Shown here: piece by piece, positions 38,012-50,828 of the stretch
How the letters are laid out: each line of letters opens with the position of its first letter
Position numbering within the stretch: the stretch's first letter is position 1
The notes under the pieces: generated by a model
Seen by the model: only the letters and a program-made list of their open reading frames with translations
The model's database searches: none
What the model was told of the DNA's origin: nothing
Program-made: the position numbers and the translations under genes
NCBI GenBank assembly: GCA_001643675.2
Contig: LSRY02000014.1
Span: 930,001-994,000, forward strand
Reading direction: 5' to 3'
DNA from: Monocercomonoides exilis PA203
Taxonomy: Eukaryota; Protista; Preaxostyla
DNA: 64,000 nucleotides

Positions 38012-41000
38012 TCATTTGTAATCTTCAAGTTGTATGCAATCATTTGAAAACGAATTATGTGTAGTATTTTCTTTGTTCCGGCTTTCAAAATAATCTTTAT
38101 CCATTTTTCCATTTTCTTCGTCCATATTTATATCTTCTTCGTCTTCATCTTCATCATATTCATCTTCAGTCTCTTCTTGAGTCTCATTATCATCATCATC
38201 ATTTTCTTCTTCTTCTTCTTCTTCATTTTCATCATCACCATCATCTTCATCTTCATCCATGCTTTCATCATCCCCATCATATCCAGAAACTGAAGAATGC
38301 TCCATTGAATCACTTTCTTCACTCTCATTTTCCTCTTCCAACAAATCCATCTTTTCTGATATCGAATCATCTGATTTGTGCGAATGCTTGCTGCTGAGAT
38401 GCTGTTGAGCCCATCTTCGTGTCGCTTCCAGCGATTCTCCACCAGCCTCTTCGTATTCTCCAATGATATTCTCATACTCCTTTTCAGAAGTGCCCCACTG
38501 TTTAATATGTGCCAGCAACGCTTCTGCTCTTTGTTTGACTGTGCCTTTTGCAGAACTGGCCAGCGACGACAAAACGTCGCAGTATTTCTTTTTGTGCAAG
38601 TCCTTCAAAACAGCATTGTTTTCGGTGTCTGGGAAAAGAGTGAATGAAAGCGGCTCGATTTTGTTCCTCTGTCCAGACGGGCAAAGAGACGAAATTTCAT
38701 CCAAAATCTGCTTCTGCTCAACAACATTCGGCATGCATTTCACCGACTCCTCAATTTTGGCTCGTTCAGCGTCTGTCAGCACCTTCTTTTGCTTGAGCTC
38801 TTCAATCTTTTTCTCGTAGCTGCCGTCAGCCACCCACTGTGCCTTGTTCTTCTCCCACTCGTCGGCAACAAGCATCTCCTTCTCTTTCTGAGTGTTCTCC
38901 ACAACAATGTTGCACATGTAGAACTGGTAGTACGTGTGCTCCATCTGCACTGCCTGCAGCATGCTCACATACACAAGCTTCGCCACCAGCCCCAAAATGA
39001 GATTCTGCTGCACTTCTTCGCATTTGCATGCAACAGACAGCAGCGCTTGGTGAATGCCTTCTTTTGCCAGCAGCACCAGATGATTGCCACTGCCCAGCCC
39101 AATCTCGTGCAGCAGCCACACAACTTCAACGATTTCTTCAGGGGGAGTGCTTTCGTTGAAAAGCAGCCTTTGCGAGATCTTCGCAACAGCTCCTCCTTTT
39201 TCACTCACGATGGTATTCAGCGCATTCAGTGAAGAGGCGCAAATGTTGCTCATTGTGAACAAAGACTCTCTTCTGATCAAAGAATCTGGATTGTCCAGAA
39301 GATACAGAAGGGCAGATTGGGTTCGACAAGCAAGCAAATGCTTTCAAAAAAAAAAAAAAAGAATAATTTTTTTTTTTTTTTTTTTTTTGAGAAATATTAT
39401 TATTATAATAATATAATAGATAAAAAATCAACATGAAAATTTCAAAATAAAAAATGATTATTGAGCAAACATCAATAACCTCAGAACTGTCATTCTCCGC
39501 GATAGATGACACCACACGCAGTGCAAGCCTCACAATGTTCACATCGTCGCTGTATGTTGCATTGACAATAATTGGAAGAGCATCTGATCTGCTTATATAC
39601 TTTCATCAAAATGTGAATATCATCAAGAAGATTTGAAAAATAAATGAAAAAAAAAAAAAGAAATTCGGCAATGAAAGTAAGATGTGATTTTATTTTATTC
39701 AAACCAGTGAGTGTTTACTGCTTGACTGAAGGATCAATGCAAGGATCTCGATGCATATTTCGTGCATTGATGTAATAACCGTATGGCTCACTCCATTGTG
39801 CACAACATACGACATGGGATTGAGCAAAGATGGGAGGACATCCTCTTCAGCTTCTCCAAAATCTGAATTTCCGTCTGCTTCATCATCATCATCATCATTT
39901 TCTTCTTTCGCCTCAGCTTCATCATCAACTTTCGCCAACTCATTCACATCGCTTTCATCATTACGCGTCTTTTCACTTTTAACTTTTGATTTCCTTTCAC
40001 ATTTTCCTGCAGCGGATGAGTGGTCTTTGACTCCAATTTTTGAGTGATTTATTAAATTATGTCTTGATTTGCTCAAATGATCTTCTCCGCAGCCACATCC
40101 ACGCTGTTGAGCAATCAGAGCACAAAGAACAGGAACACAGTCAAGAAACGGCTCAAGATCTGTTCGATTGCGAATCAATCGAAGAAAAAGGTACAATGCT
40201 CCATCGAGAATTGAATTAAGGAACTTCTCTTTGGACTTAAAGAGGAGCAACGAAGTCGATTGCAGAATTGATAGAGAATTATCCAACGTTTTCGGTTCAC
40301 ATGTTAAAGAAGCAGAAGAAGAAGACGCTGTAGGCCGTGATGATATTGTGGGTAATGTTGGTAGTTCTTGTATTTTATTTGGTGTATATTGTGAAAGAAG
40401 CGGATATTCAGATGCAAGAGTGTCAAGAACTTGCGACACAATAGAAGTTGAAATTAATGCTTCTCGTACGTCAGAACAATCATTAGTTATGTTTCCCAAC
40501 AAAAACAGAGCTTGAGAAATCATTGTTTTTTCGCATTTTGGTGCGATGTATTCGCGAATATGATCAACTGTATCTTTTGTAGACAAAATTCGAGACACAT
40601 CAACCTCCCATGACGAAAGATTTCCAAAAATAACAAATATCATATACTAAAAATGAATATTAAAACACGATATTGTTCAAAAAAGTCAGAGAAAAAAATC
40701 AAACTTGAATATGAACCGGTAGTGATAATTTGAATGAATAAAGAAGGAGGGTAATAACATCACTCATAAAGATCAAAGAATGTGGGCAATTTCCTGGAAA
40801 AATATAAGTATTCAGTACAAAAAGAGTTGAAACACAAACGACTAATCATGATTTTGTATAGTTGGTAAACTCCTTCTGTAAACTGATACATATTTCCCGA
40901 AGAAAGTTGCTGTACAATAAGAGGAATTTGTTTTTCTGCAGTTTCATACAATTGCCCTTTTGAATTATTTATATTACGGCGTTTCATTAATGATTCTTGT

Positions 41001-41134
41001 TGTTTGTGACTTCTGAGATACTGGACAGCAAATTTTTGTCGTTTAATCTGAATGTCACTATTCTCATCTTGTTTATAAGTTTTGAATCTTTGTTGTGAGC
41101 GAACTTCTGCTGTCCATTCTTGAGAAAAAGACAT
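38012..41134 (-). CDS. Importin alpha-like ARM-repeat protein, paralog 2, with acidic tail
   Basis: IBB-like QRFKTYK..KRQKFAVQYLRSHKQQESLMKRRNI; ARM motifs QALFLLGNI, LALRVVSSIA, IRRESLFTMSNICAS, EVVWLLHEIG; GT-AG introns. Confidence 0.75.
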
Positions 41135-41379
41135 TTAGTATTTCGCATTGATCCCATTATATTTTCTTATGAAAGTTGAAAAAAAAAGAAATGAAATTTC
41201 TGAATAATTAATTCATTAGAAAAAAAAAAATCAATTCTGAAAAAAGAATCTTTGAAAAGGACATGATAAAAAAAAAATCATTTTACATAAACTTAAACAA
41301 CATATGAAATGCAACAAATATATATATATGTAGAATTAAAAAATGAAAAAGTATAAAGGCAAGATATTAGCTTGTTTTT

Positions 41380-42137
41380 TTATATCTTTTGCACTTTTTC
41401 TGATTCAAGTTTTGGAAGAACTTTAGAAAGCTGAGGATTTTCAGAATGCTTCCAATCAAACGTGCATGAATGTGATTCAGGAAATCTATGTTGAGAACAG
41501 AATTTTTTACCGCATTTGCAATCGAAGTGCATTAATCCCAATTTTTTATTACATTGTCCACATCGTATACCTGTCCATGAGGAAGGTGAAACAGATGGGG
41601 AAAAAGGTGAAAGAGGTGGTGGAGTAGTCGAAGAAGGTGACGGACCCGGAGAAGTTGAAATTGGAGGTATTGAAAAAGGTTTTACCGATGGAGATGTTGC
41701 GGACTCAAAAACTCCACTAGGTGGTGGGGATGTCATTCTCCCAATCGGAACTGGTTGCGGAGGAGGAGAAATAGTTTGTGGTGGAATCACTGGAGGAGGG
41801 GACAATGAAGATTTCTTCACAGGAGAAAGTTTTTGCTGTTCTTCAGGATGCGCTGTCAAATATTCTCGATAGCATTTTGAGCACATACCTTTTGTTGCAG
41901 GATTTCTAAATTAATAACATTTTCGAAAGAGAAAAATACAATGAAAAGAATCGTATTTAAAATAAAGCAATTTTAAAAATATGTGTTAATAAATAAATAT
42001 AATTCATTTGCATTATAATAATCGACTTTTAATATTTCATAAAAGCATGTCACTTTTCTGTTATTCTCAAACCCAAAAAATCCGCATCCAGCAACACAAC
42101 GAGACGGTACAGAAGGATTTGAAGAATTTGAACTCAT
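41380..42137 (-). CDS. A20/AN1 zinc-finger protein (ZFAND5/6 or plant SAP-like), 2 exons
   Basis: A20 finger [21 protein letters not shown]; AN1 finger CGQCNKKLGLMHFDCKCGKKFCSQHRFPESHSCTFDWK; ends KVQKI. Confidence 0.93.
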
Positions 42138-42584
42138 TTATATATATAATTTTCTCGGCTTAGTAAGTAATATCTTTTTTCAAAAGCAAAAAAGAGTTAA
42201 AAGAATGAGCGATCTGTTGCTCCATAAAAAATTAAAGAATAGATGAAGATAAAGCGATAAAAATATTTAAGTAACAAACAAAGATTGCACTTTTTTGTAT
42301 AGAAACAACTCCAGAAAGTCGTTATATTCATTAATATCAATAAGCTTTTGTTCGGATTAAAATGAATTAACTTTTTTTTTGTTTATGATCCATTCAATAA
42401 TAAATAAAAATTTGAAAAAATAATCCATTGTTGGAAGAAGATCAATTTTCCTGATTTGTTTTGTATGCTTTTTTGACTAATTATTGATAATATTTGAGCA
42501 ACATTTGAATAAATTTTAAATGTATTTTTTATTCTTCAAATTTTTTGACTTTTTATGAAAAAATGAATGTGATTCACAAGAATC

Positions 42585-42967
42585 ATGGCAAAGTCAAAGA
42601 ATCATACAAATCACAATCAAAGTCATAAAGCACACAGAAATGGAATCAAAAAACCCCAGAGCACTGGACAGTTTTCACGCAGATATGTTTGTGTTGGAAG
42701 AATTTGAAAATTAAGCGTTTTCAATATTTTTTTTTTAAATTAATTGTTCAGATGGACCAAAAATACCTGAGAAATCTTCACTTCGCCCGTAAACATAACA
42801 GAGTAAATCTTGCTCGTTTTGTTGCGGATAGAAACCGCAAATTGAAGGAAAAAAAAGCAACTGCAAAAGTTGAAAAATCTCAACAAATAGCAAAGAAAGA
42901 AGAAAAAGTTACAGAAAAAAAGACCACTCCAGTTGTAAAAGCTGAGAAGAAAGCCGGAAAGAAGTAG
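42585..42967 (+). CDS. RPL29: 60S ribosomal protein L29 (eL29), 2 exons
   Basis: [24 protein letters not shown] ... [16 protein letters not shown]; ends at TAG. Confidence 0.97.
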
Positions 42968-43177
42968 AAGAGGGTAAATCTTTTTTTGATACAATTTTGG
43001 TTTTTTCAATTCATAATTATCTCTTGTACAACTGGCTTTGCAAAGATAACTTTTGTAAAGTGCTTTTTGGGAAGAAAAGGAAGAAGAGAAGGAGCATATT
43101 TTTCAATAAAGTTTAAAATAAAAATTTCTGCTTTTAAAAACAGATCAAGCCCATACAGAGTTCAATTCTCTTTTTAA

Positions 43178-46100
43178 ATGGCTGATTATCTATTAAAGGT
43201 AATTATTTATTGTTATTTTCAAAATGTAATTGTTATAATATAAATCTATTCATATTATTTATATTCCATATACGTATATATCCAGTATTCAGCCCAGGCC
43301 GTGATTATTTCAAATTCACAAACTTTTCAACCAATTACACATTCAAAGACAGATGTTCAATTTAAATCTGCTGATGGATTGTATCAAATGTATCACCTTT
43401 TCATTTTTATTTTGATTCTTTTGTTTATTCATGATATTTTGAAAATTTATAAAAGCTTTCCTTTCTCGTATGCTTTCCAAGATTTATTTGAGAATTTTAC
43501 GTTTTATTTGATTGATTTTATATAACTTGTTGAATGACTTGTTTTCATGAATATTTAACAATACAGTCGTTGCCATGACAGTGAATTTCATTCAAATTCC
43601 ATTCAGCTTCCTTCTTCCATTTTTAATCCCTTAATGAATCAGTTTGTATCAAACATATCCCCAACAATACTGTTGTGCGGAGGACTTGATGTATTTTCTT
43701 GGATGTTTAAATATCCTTTGGCAACAACACCTTTAATTTCAAATGATCTGTTATTTTTCTCATCGCTCTACGAGTTTATTGCAACATTTATGTCGCGCGA
43801 AATACCTTTGCTTCATCAAAACGAGCTACACGAATTATCTCTTTCTATATATGCGGTTATTGGTGATACGATCATTGACCTAATCACAAATAAGCCTGTT
43901 TCACTTGATAGGCAAACCAGAGAGGTTTTGAATTCTAAGTCTCCGTCTGTAAATACAAGATCGTCAACTCCAAAAAAAGTCACCTCAAGTTATTTGAAAC
44001 TATCTTCTGCTTTGTCAAGTCAGAAAAAGGCAAGAGCTAATTCATTGATAATACGCGATTTTCCACCTAGGCCACCGATGTCTTCTCTTTCCTGTCATCC
44101 CATACACAGCACAAACGATCTTTCTTCTCTTATTCAGATAGCAGGAATAAACGCACTCAAACAGTTATGCATTAACTATCACTGATTAGTAATACAATTA
44201 TTATTTCTATATTACTTTAAAATATTATTTTTTGCTATTTATTTCAGAGATCCATCATATTTTCCTTTCATCACAGCTCGACTTTCATTTTTAAGATACC
44301 CACCATCACAAACTCCTCATTCAGAGCAATTTGGCGCTTCAACAACATCACAATTGCCTTCATCCTCGCCTTTATCGGCGTCTTCTTCTCCTTCTTCTTC
44401 AATAGCCAAAATGAGTTCTGGAAGCCAGGCAGAGTCAAGATCGCAATGGACTGAAAAAAGATGTTTTATGGATATTGCTCTGCTCTGCTTGCCGATCGAA
44501 TCGCAGTTTTCTAACTCTCCGTTGGCTCCTGACACACTTCACTCTTTTTCTGCTAGTTCTTTGCGAGATGAATCTGCAGGGCTTCCTCAAACTTTTGTTC
44601 CTTTTGTTTCGCATTTCAATGCTAAGCAGAAAAAGGATGCAACTCTTGTGATGAAAAAGCTACATTCATTGTTGAGTATGTTAAGCATTTTTCGTTCATT
44701 AAAAATTTTTGTTGTTATTGAACAAATACATACTATCTACCGTTCTGTTATATTTCAAAATTTTAATCTTTTTCTTTTTCAAATATGATTTCAGCCTCTC
44801 CTTCCAGTCACGAGCTGCCACCAGGCGATGGATGGAACTCAACAAAACAGACGTCGCTTTGGAAGCATATCTTTTGCAGCGACTCGCCTATCACTTCAAT
44901 TGCTGTCATTCCCAATGCTCCAATCGACAAGGCATCAGAAAAGAACTTAATTGTATGTCTGTTTAAGCATAGCTCTTTTAGCACAATGAAAATTTAATTT
45001 TCTCTTGAAACCTCAAAATGTAAATGAAATAAAATTTTTTCTATCAGATGATGCTTCAATGGATGAAAGAGCTTGCAATGCTTGAGGGATATTCACTTCC
45101 ACCAGCAATTGCTTCGCAGCCACTGACGATTCTAGCTGTTTCATCATCACAGCCATCTCCCACACCATCGCGCACCCGCCGATCAACTTCTCCTCCAAAG
45201 GAGATATCAGCCGTGACAACACCTCTTCACACACCACGCACAAAAAAGAAGACAAGACTGTTCGAAGACTTACATTCAGAGAAGCAAAAAGAGGCAGCTC
45301 AAGCTAAAAAAGAAGAAAAACCAAAAAGTGCGCCTAAAGGCAGTGAAGCCGATGAATCAACTATTTTGTCACCCGAACTCGTACAACCACCAACGTCACC
45401 ATATCAAACACCTCACAAAACATCTTCCTTGATGGCTTCTGCTGATATGAAAGATCAGACGCAAGGAGCTCGCCAAAGTCAGTCTTCTGATGAAGCCGCT
45501 GCGCAGACACTTTCTTCAGGTGCACTGCCGAGCGGAACAGCTTTTGCAGCTCTGATTAGACAGGCTGCTCTGCAAAACGAAAAGAAGAAGTCGAAAGAAA
45601 AAGACGGACTCAACACGCACACAGATTTGAGTGATGAAGAAGACGAGGCAAATAATGGGAACAAGATTGCCAGAGGTGAAGAGAAAGAGATCAAAGATGA
45701 CGAGGCTGACGGAGAAATGAACGAGGGAATGTTGATTGACGAGCTGACGCCGAGTGAGCACTCGTCGTTGTTTGAGCAAAGCGACATTCAAGGAGCCTCA
45801 ACTCCACGGAAGAGCACTCCAGGGACTGAGAATCAGACAGAGGAGGAGTGGAGAAAGGGCAAAGGAGGTGGGCTTGAAGAAGGCAATAGCGAAGAAGATG
45901 ACATGGATGAAGATGCGCCCACAATGGACTGGGATAATGAATCTATTCAAGGTATTGCATAAACCAGTAATTTGTGATTTTTATGGAACTTTTGCTTTCT
46001 TTTCTCATATTTCAAACAATAATTGCGACTTAATGATTTCTTTTCAATTAATAAACATTTATAGAAGATGAACAAGCACAGCTCAGGATGGCATTGTTCG

Positions 46101-47759
46101 CAGCTGTTGAGGAATGGAAAAGAGTAGAAGAAGTTCATTCTTCGTCCACTCAGCAGAGACAGCAACTCCTCAAAACGACAGAAGAAAGAGCAATGGCTGA
46201 AATCAATCGTATGAAACTTTTTTTTTGATTTTTATGATATTCTTTCCCTCTTTTTTATGTTTGGGCTCATAAATAATGCTTATTTACGCAATCAAACTTC
46301 GTTTTAATAGAAATAACTGAAGCAATCAGAAGCGAAAGAGAACGAAAGAGAAAACTAGAAAGAAAGCTTGCAAAGCTCAAAGCCGAATCCGTTTGCATTT
46401 TTAGACTTGTAATTTTTATTCTTCAAATTGTTACTGTTTTATTTTGAAATTTTGAATTTGTAATATATATACACATACATTTCTATTTTTTTTTTTTTTT
46501 TTTCAGTGACTGTAAAATTTCACTCAGGATGCAAGTCGAATCCAGCGGAGGACAATCAGAGCAGAAACTGAGACTGCCATTTCGAATGCAGAGAAAAAAC
46601 TGAATTCACTCCAACAGACTGCAAATCTACAGGCCGAACAGCACAGAGGACGAGTGGCTAACTACATTGAGCGCATTAGAAAACAGCATATGACACATGC
46701 TTCGTTGATATTAAAGGAAGAATGTTTGCCTTTTCAATGCCAAAGGAGAGAAATTAACATATTTATTTTTATTTTTATTTTATTTTATTTTTTTATTATT
46801 TGGTTTTATCTTTAATTGCAAATCATGAAATTTTAATTTAATTCATTTGATTCACTTTTTTATTTTTGATTCATTCAGCTCAATTGGTTGCAACACAAAC
46901 TGCAATTGCGAAGATGGCAGCTGGAGAAAATCCAGCAGAAAGCCACAAATCAGTTCAGAAATTAAAAGCTGAAATAATCGAAGCTGAAGAAACACTGAAA
47001 CAAAAAGAAGTTGAATATACAGAATTGCTTGAAAAAGGCAAAAAGCAAGAAGTAGAGCTCAAAGAACACGAAGCTATTGAACAAGACATAAGGGTTTGAT
47101 GTTAATTGATAAAGAAAAAAAGAACTATTTATTTTGAATTCAAATTTCTAATTTATATGCCTTGCTATTTGCATACTTCTTTAACTCATGCGTCTTTTGT
47201 TAAAAACCAAAATTACACGAACGTTAGCTGAGCGTGGGAAATGTGAAAGAGCTGATGGATTCTCATTGCAAGGAATTGGAAGTGCTTCAAGAGCGGCTGG
47301 AGGCAAAGGCTAAAGAAAATGGTGAGATAATGCGCCAATTGAGAGATGCTGTTGAAAATCTTCGTGTGACGGTCAGAGACTCCGGCATTTTGAATGAGAA
47401 ATCGAATCACAAAGGCGACAGAACAAGAGATAGCAGCGCAGTTTATGGTGTTGATATGGAAGAAGAAGAAGAGGAGGAAGAGGATGAAGATGACGTGTGC
47501 TCTATGTTTTATTCAAATATTTGCTTTAACTCTCATTTTTGCACCCCTATCTTTTGCTTCTCTTTCCGACGTTTCATTTTAAACCATTTCTTTTCTTTTC
47601 TTTTTATCGATCTCAACAAAGCAGACCCCTGAAACAGCACTTTTGAAGGTGCTTCTCGAAACGTTAATGGAAGCGCCTGCACAGCCAATTCCTGCAATTG
47701 TCAGTCTAATTGAAGGAGTCACTGAACTTGCCACACATTTCGGAACTCAAACAATGTGA
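43178..47759 (+). CDS. Multi-exon protein with a degenerate kinesin-like N-terminal domain and a coiled-coil C-terminus
   Basis: Exons join in frame through GT-AG introns. Kinesin-scaffold-like blocks: IFNPLMNQFVSNISPTILLCG, SLSIYAVIGDTIIDLI, MSSLSCHPIHSTNDLSSLI, TSLWKHIFCSDSPITSIAVIP. No P-loop or switch motifs. Heptad-rich tail. Confidence 0.5.
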
Positions 47760-47931
47760 AAGTTCTTCTTTTCTCTTGTGATAAGCCTATCAGCAAACAA
47801 CCACCTTCACCATTCTTTCACTTCACGCCATTTCACTTTGCTTTGCTCCATTTTTTCTCCACTGAGCCTTTGTCTTCATTTGTTTTATTTCGAATTTCAA
47901 ACATGTGTTTTTCGTAGTCAATTCATCGATT

Positions 47932-50050
47932 TCATTTCGCTTCCAAATAACGGATGCGCCAGTGCTTTTTATTTGTGCAGAATTCTTTGATCGCGGCTTG
48001 CCTCCGATCGAAAGCTTTTGACAAGTTTCTGTTGCAACAGTTTGAATAAAAAACAACAATTGGAGGTTGCAAACGCACTTCATCAAACATTTTTGTGGCT
48101 TCATTTACAAATTCATCAACGTTCTGTCTGTTTTTTATCATTCGTTTGATCTTTCTGTTTCTAAGTGTTGGATCAGAAAATCGATGAAGCACTTCCGCTT
48201 CATCAACTGTGCAGAAGAGCGCTCTCTTCAAAAAATATGAATAGCTCTTCAGTTTCTCTTCAGATGGGATGTATGTTGTATTCTCCAAAAATTGTGAAGG
48301 AAACACAAAGATAGGATCATTTGCAACATTATCTTTTTCGTATGGTGAAAATGCGGAGAAAAACGAAGATGGAGAACTACGAGGATACTTTCTAAAGTTG
48401 CTACTCGAAGTGTCTCTTTGAAATAGTTTGTTGTGCACGCAATCTGCAGACCCAGTTTTGTTTGAAGAAACTTGAGCCGAAATAGAATCAGTCATTGTTG
48501 AAATACACAATCTGGGATTAAAAGATGAATGCAGCTGTGTGAAAGTTCCATCAAAAGCATTTTCACTGTGCCAAGACGATTGAGATTTGCGAGAAAAGTC
48601 TGAAATTTGTTCAGCTGGTGGTATCTCATTCACTCTCTGAACACTTGTTAATGAAAGAAATCTTTCTTGCTTCGAAGGTAAAACAGGACTTATATCATCT
48701 TTAACAGACTTTTTGTCTTCAACATTGATTGGTTTTCCGTCTTTCTCGCTTTGAATCCAAAACCTTTCCAGATCAGTTAATTCGCTCCAATTCTGCTCCT
48801 TTTTAATGATCTTTTCGGATTCTTCAATCAGAAGTTCCAATTCGCTGCGCTTAGTTCCATCTTCGCTAGATTCGCTCAGTTCTTGAAGCAACGTTTTCAT
48901 TTCCTCGACTGTCATTGGCAGAGCATGCTCGCTGCTTGATAAATCTTCGTTTTTATGCTCCTTCATCATAATCTTCTGTTCGATCTCATTCCACAGCGTC
49001 TGTTCTTTTTCATCAGTAATCCAATCTTTTCTCACCCATTCACCAAATAATTTCTCAAACACTATTGCTTCTTTAATCTGCTTCTTTAATGTGTTTGAAC
49101 GTATTTTTTCAAGCTTCGCTTTCTTTTTATTTTGACATGGAATGTCGCATGATGAATGAGTATTTTCGCCCACCTTCGGTTCTTCTAAAGTATTTATATT
49201 GAACAGAGTCGATATTTTTCTTGAGTTCATCAAATATTCTTCGTCTTCGTCTTTCCACTTTTGAATCATAACGCTTTTTTGAAGTTGGGAAATATTAGAA
49301 AATTTTCTTCCTTCGACGATAACATTCACATCATTTGATACACCTTTGTTGCGAAAATATACTGGATGCCAAGTTGAGACTGGAACATCAGATATTTGTT
49401 CGAACTCCAGTGAATGATATTCAAATATATCAGCTTTTGTCGAAGAAGAAGTAGAATATGGTGAAAGAGATTCTGGTGAAATAGTAATGGGACCTATTGC
49501 CCACTCTCCAACTTGCTTTGTTTTCAAACTTGTGAAACTTTCAAGTTTTGCTGGATTCATTTCGCTATATTTCATAGGATAATTAAAATGTGAAGTGGCT
49601 TTTTCAGCAGATGAATTTAGAGAACTAACTGAAGAAGCAAGAGAAAAATCTTTCTTGTTTTTTTCTCCGGGATTCTTTTCAAATGTTAAGCAAGCATAAG
49701 TTGAACAAGGATGAGATATCTTTGGTTCTGAAGAACAAGTACTTGGCAATTGTAAACATCCAATCTTTTGATTCACATTTTCATTAAGATCTCCATAACA
49801 TTGAAAAGTGAAAGGATATGAAGATTTCGATGATTCTGACGTATATTTTGTCAAAAATAAAGAATCAGTCAATTTTTTTCCATTTATTCCATCGCGAATC
49901 GATTTCGTTTGCGCTTGCAAATTGTTGACCTTTTAAATTACATTTTTTCAAAAAACAAAGTTATGTTTGTTTTTTTAAAGAAATAAGATAATTTTTCCTT
50001 TTTGAACATTTACAAAAATTATTAATTCACACCTTTTGCGTGAAAAACAT
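47932..50050 (-). CDS. Hypothetical protein (~670 aa)
   Basis: 662-codon ORF 47932-49920, plus a probable short first exon (ATG 50050, MFFTQK) joined by a GT-AG intron. No family recognised. Confidence 0.7.
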
Positions 50051-50290
50051 ATTTTAAACTGCTGTTATAGCTTCAACGATGCAATTCGAAGATAAAAATA
50101 CGTCATTAATATATTAAGGGTTTTTGATTCATGAATTATTTTTCTGAGAAAACATATTTTTTGAAATAAATGGTTTAATCATTCGCAATATATTGAGGAA
50201 GTGGCAGTGACACAAATGATAAGTTATGATGTGCATATTTTGATTTTTCATATATTTATTTAATTAAAGCTTAAAAAAATAAATAATTTG

Positions 50291-50320
<30 letters not shown>
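50291..50320. repeat. (CA)n microsatellite
   Basis: Seen directly. Confidence 0.9.
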
Positions 50321-50321
<1 letters not shown>

Positions 50322-50828
50322 AAAAAAAAAAAAGAAAAAAAAGAAAAGAGAAAAAAAGTGTCTTTTTGATTTGCATAATGACATTCAAGATGACAGATTT
50401 ATCTCAAAAATATTCAGATTTTTAATAATAAATTACACATTAATTTTGTTTCATTTATAAAAGTGAAAAACACATCAATGCTGAAATTAGGCAGGTATGC
50501 ATTTGAATACCATGAAAGTGTTCACACGAAAGTGCAAAAAATAATTGTCAAAAGCCAGTTAATTTCCATCTATTTTATATATTTGTACTTTCTCATAGAT
50601 TTTATTTCAAATTGAATCACATTTTTTAAGTTTTAATTTCGAACTTTGAAGCAAATTGCAAAAGCATGTTCATAAATCTTATAAATTCGATTTCCTTGTC
50701 TTCGAAAAGAAAATAATCAATACATTTACAGATGAATAACTTATGTTTTTATAACTGAAAAACAAAAATAAACAATAATGATAATAAAAAATACAACAAA
50801 ATAGAGAATTAAACAATGTTTGCGCAAA

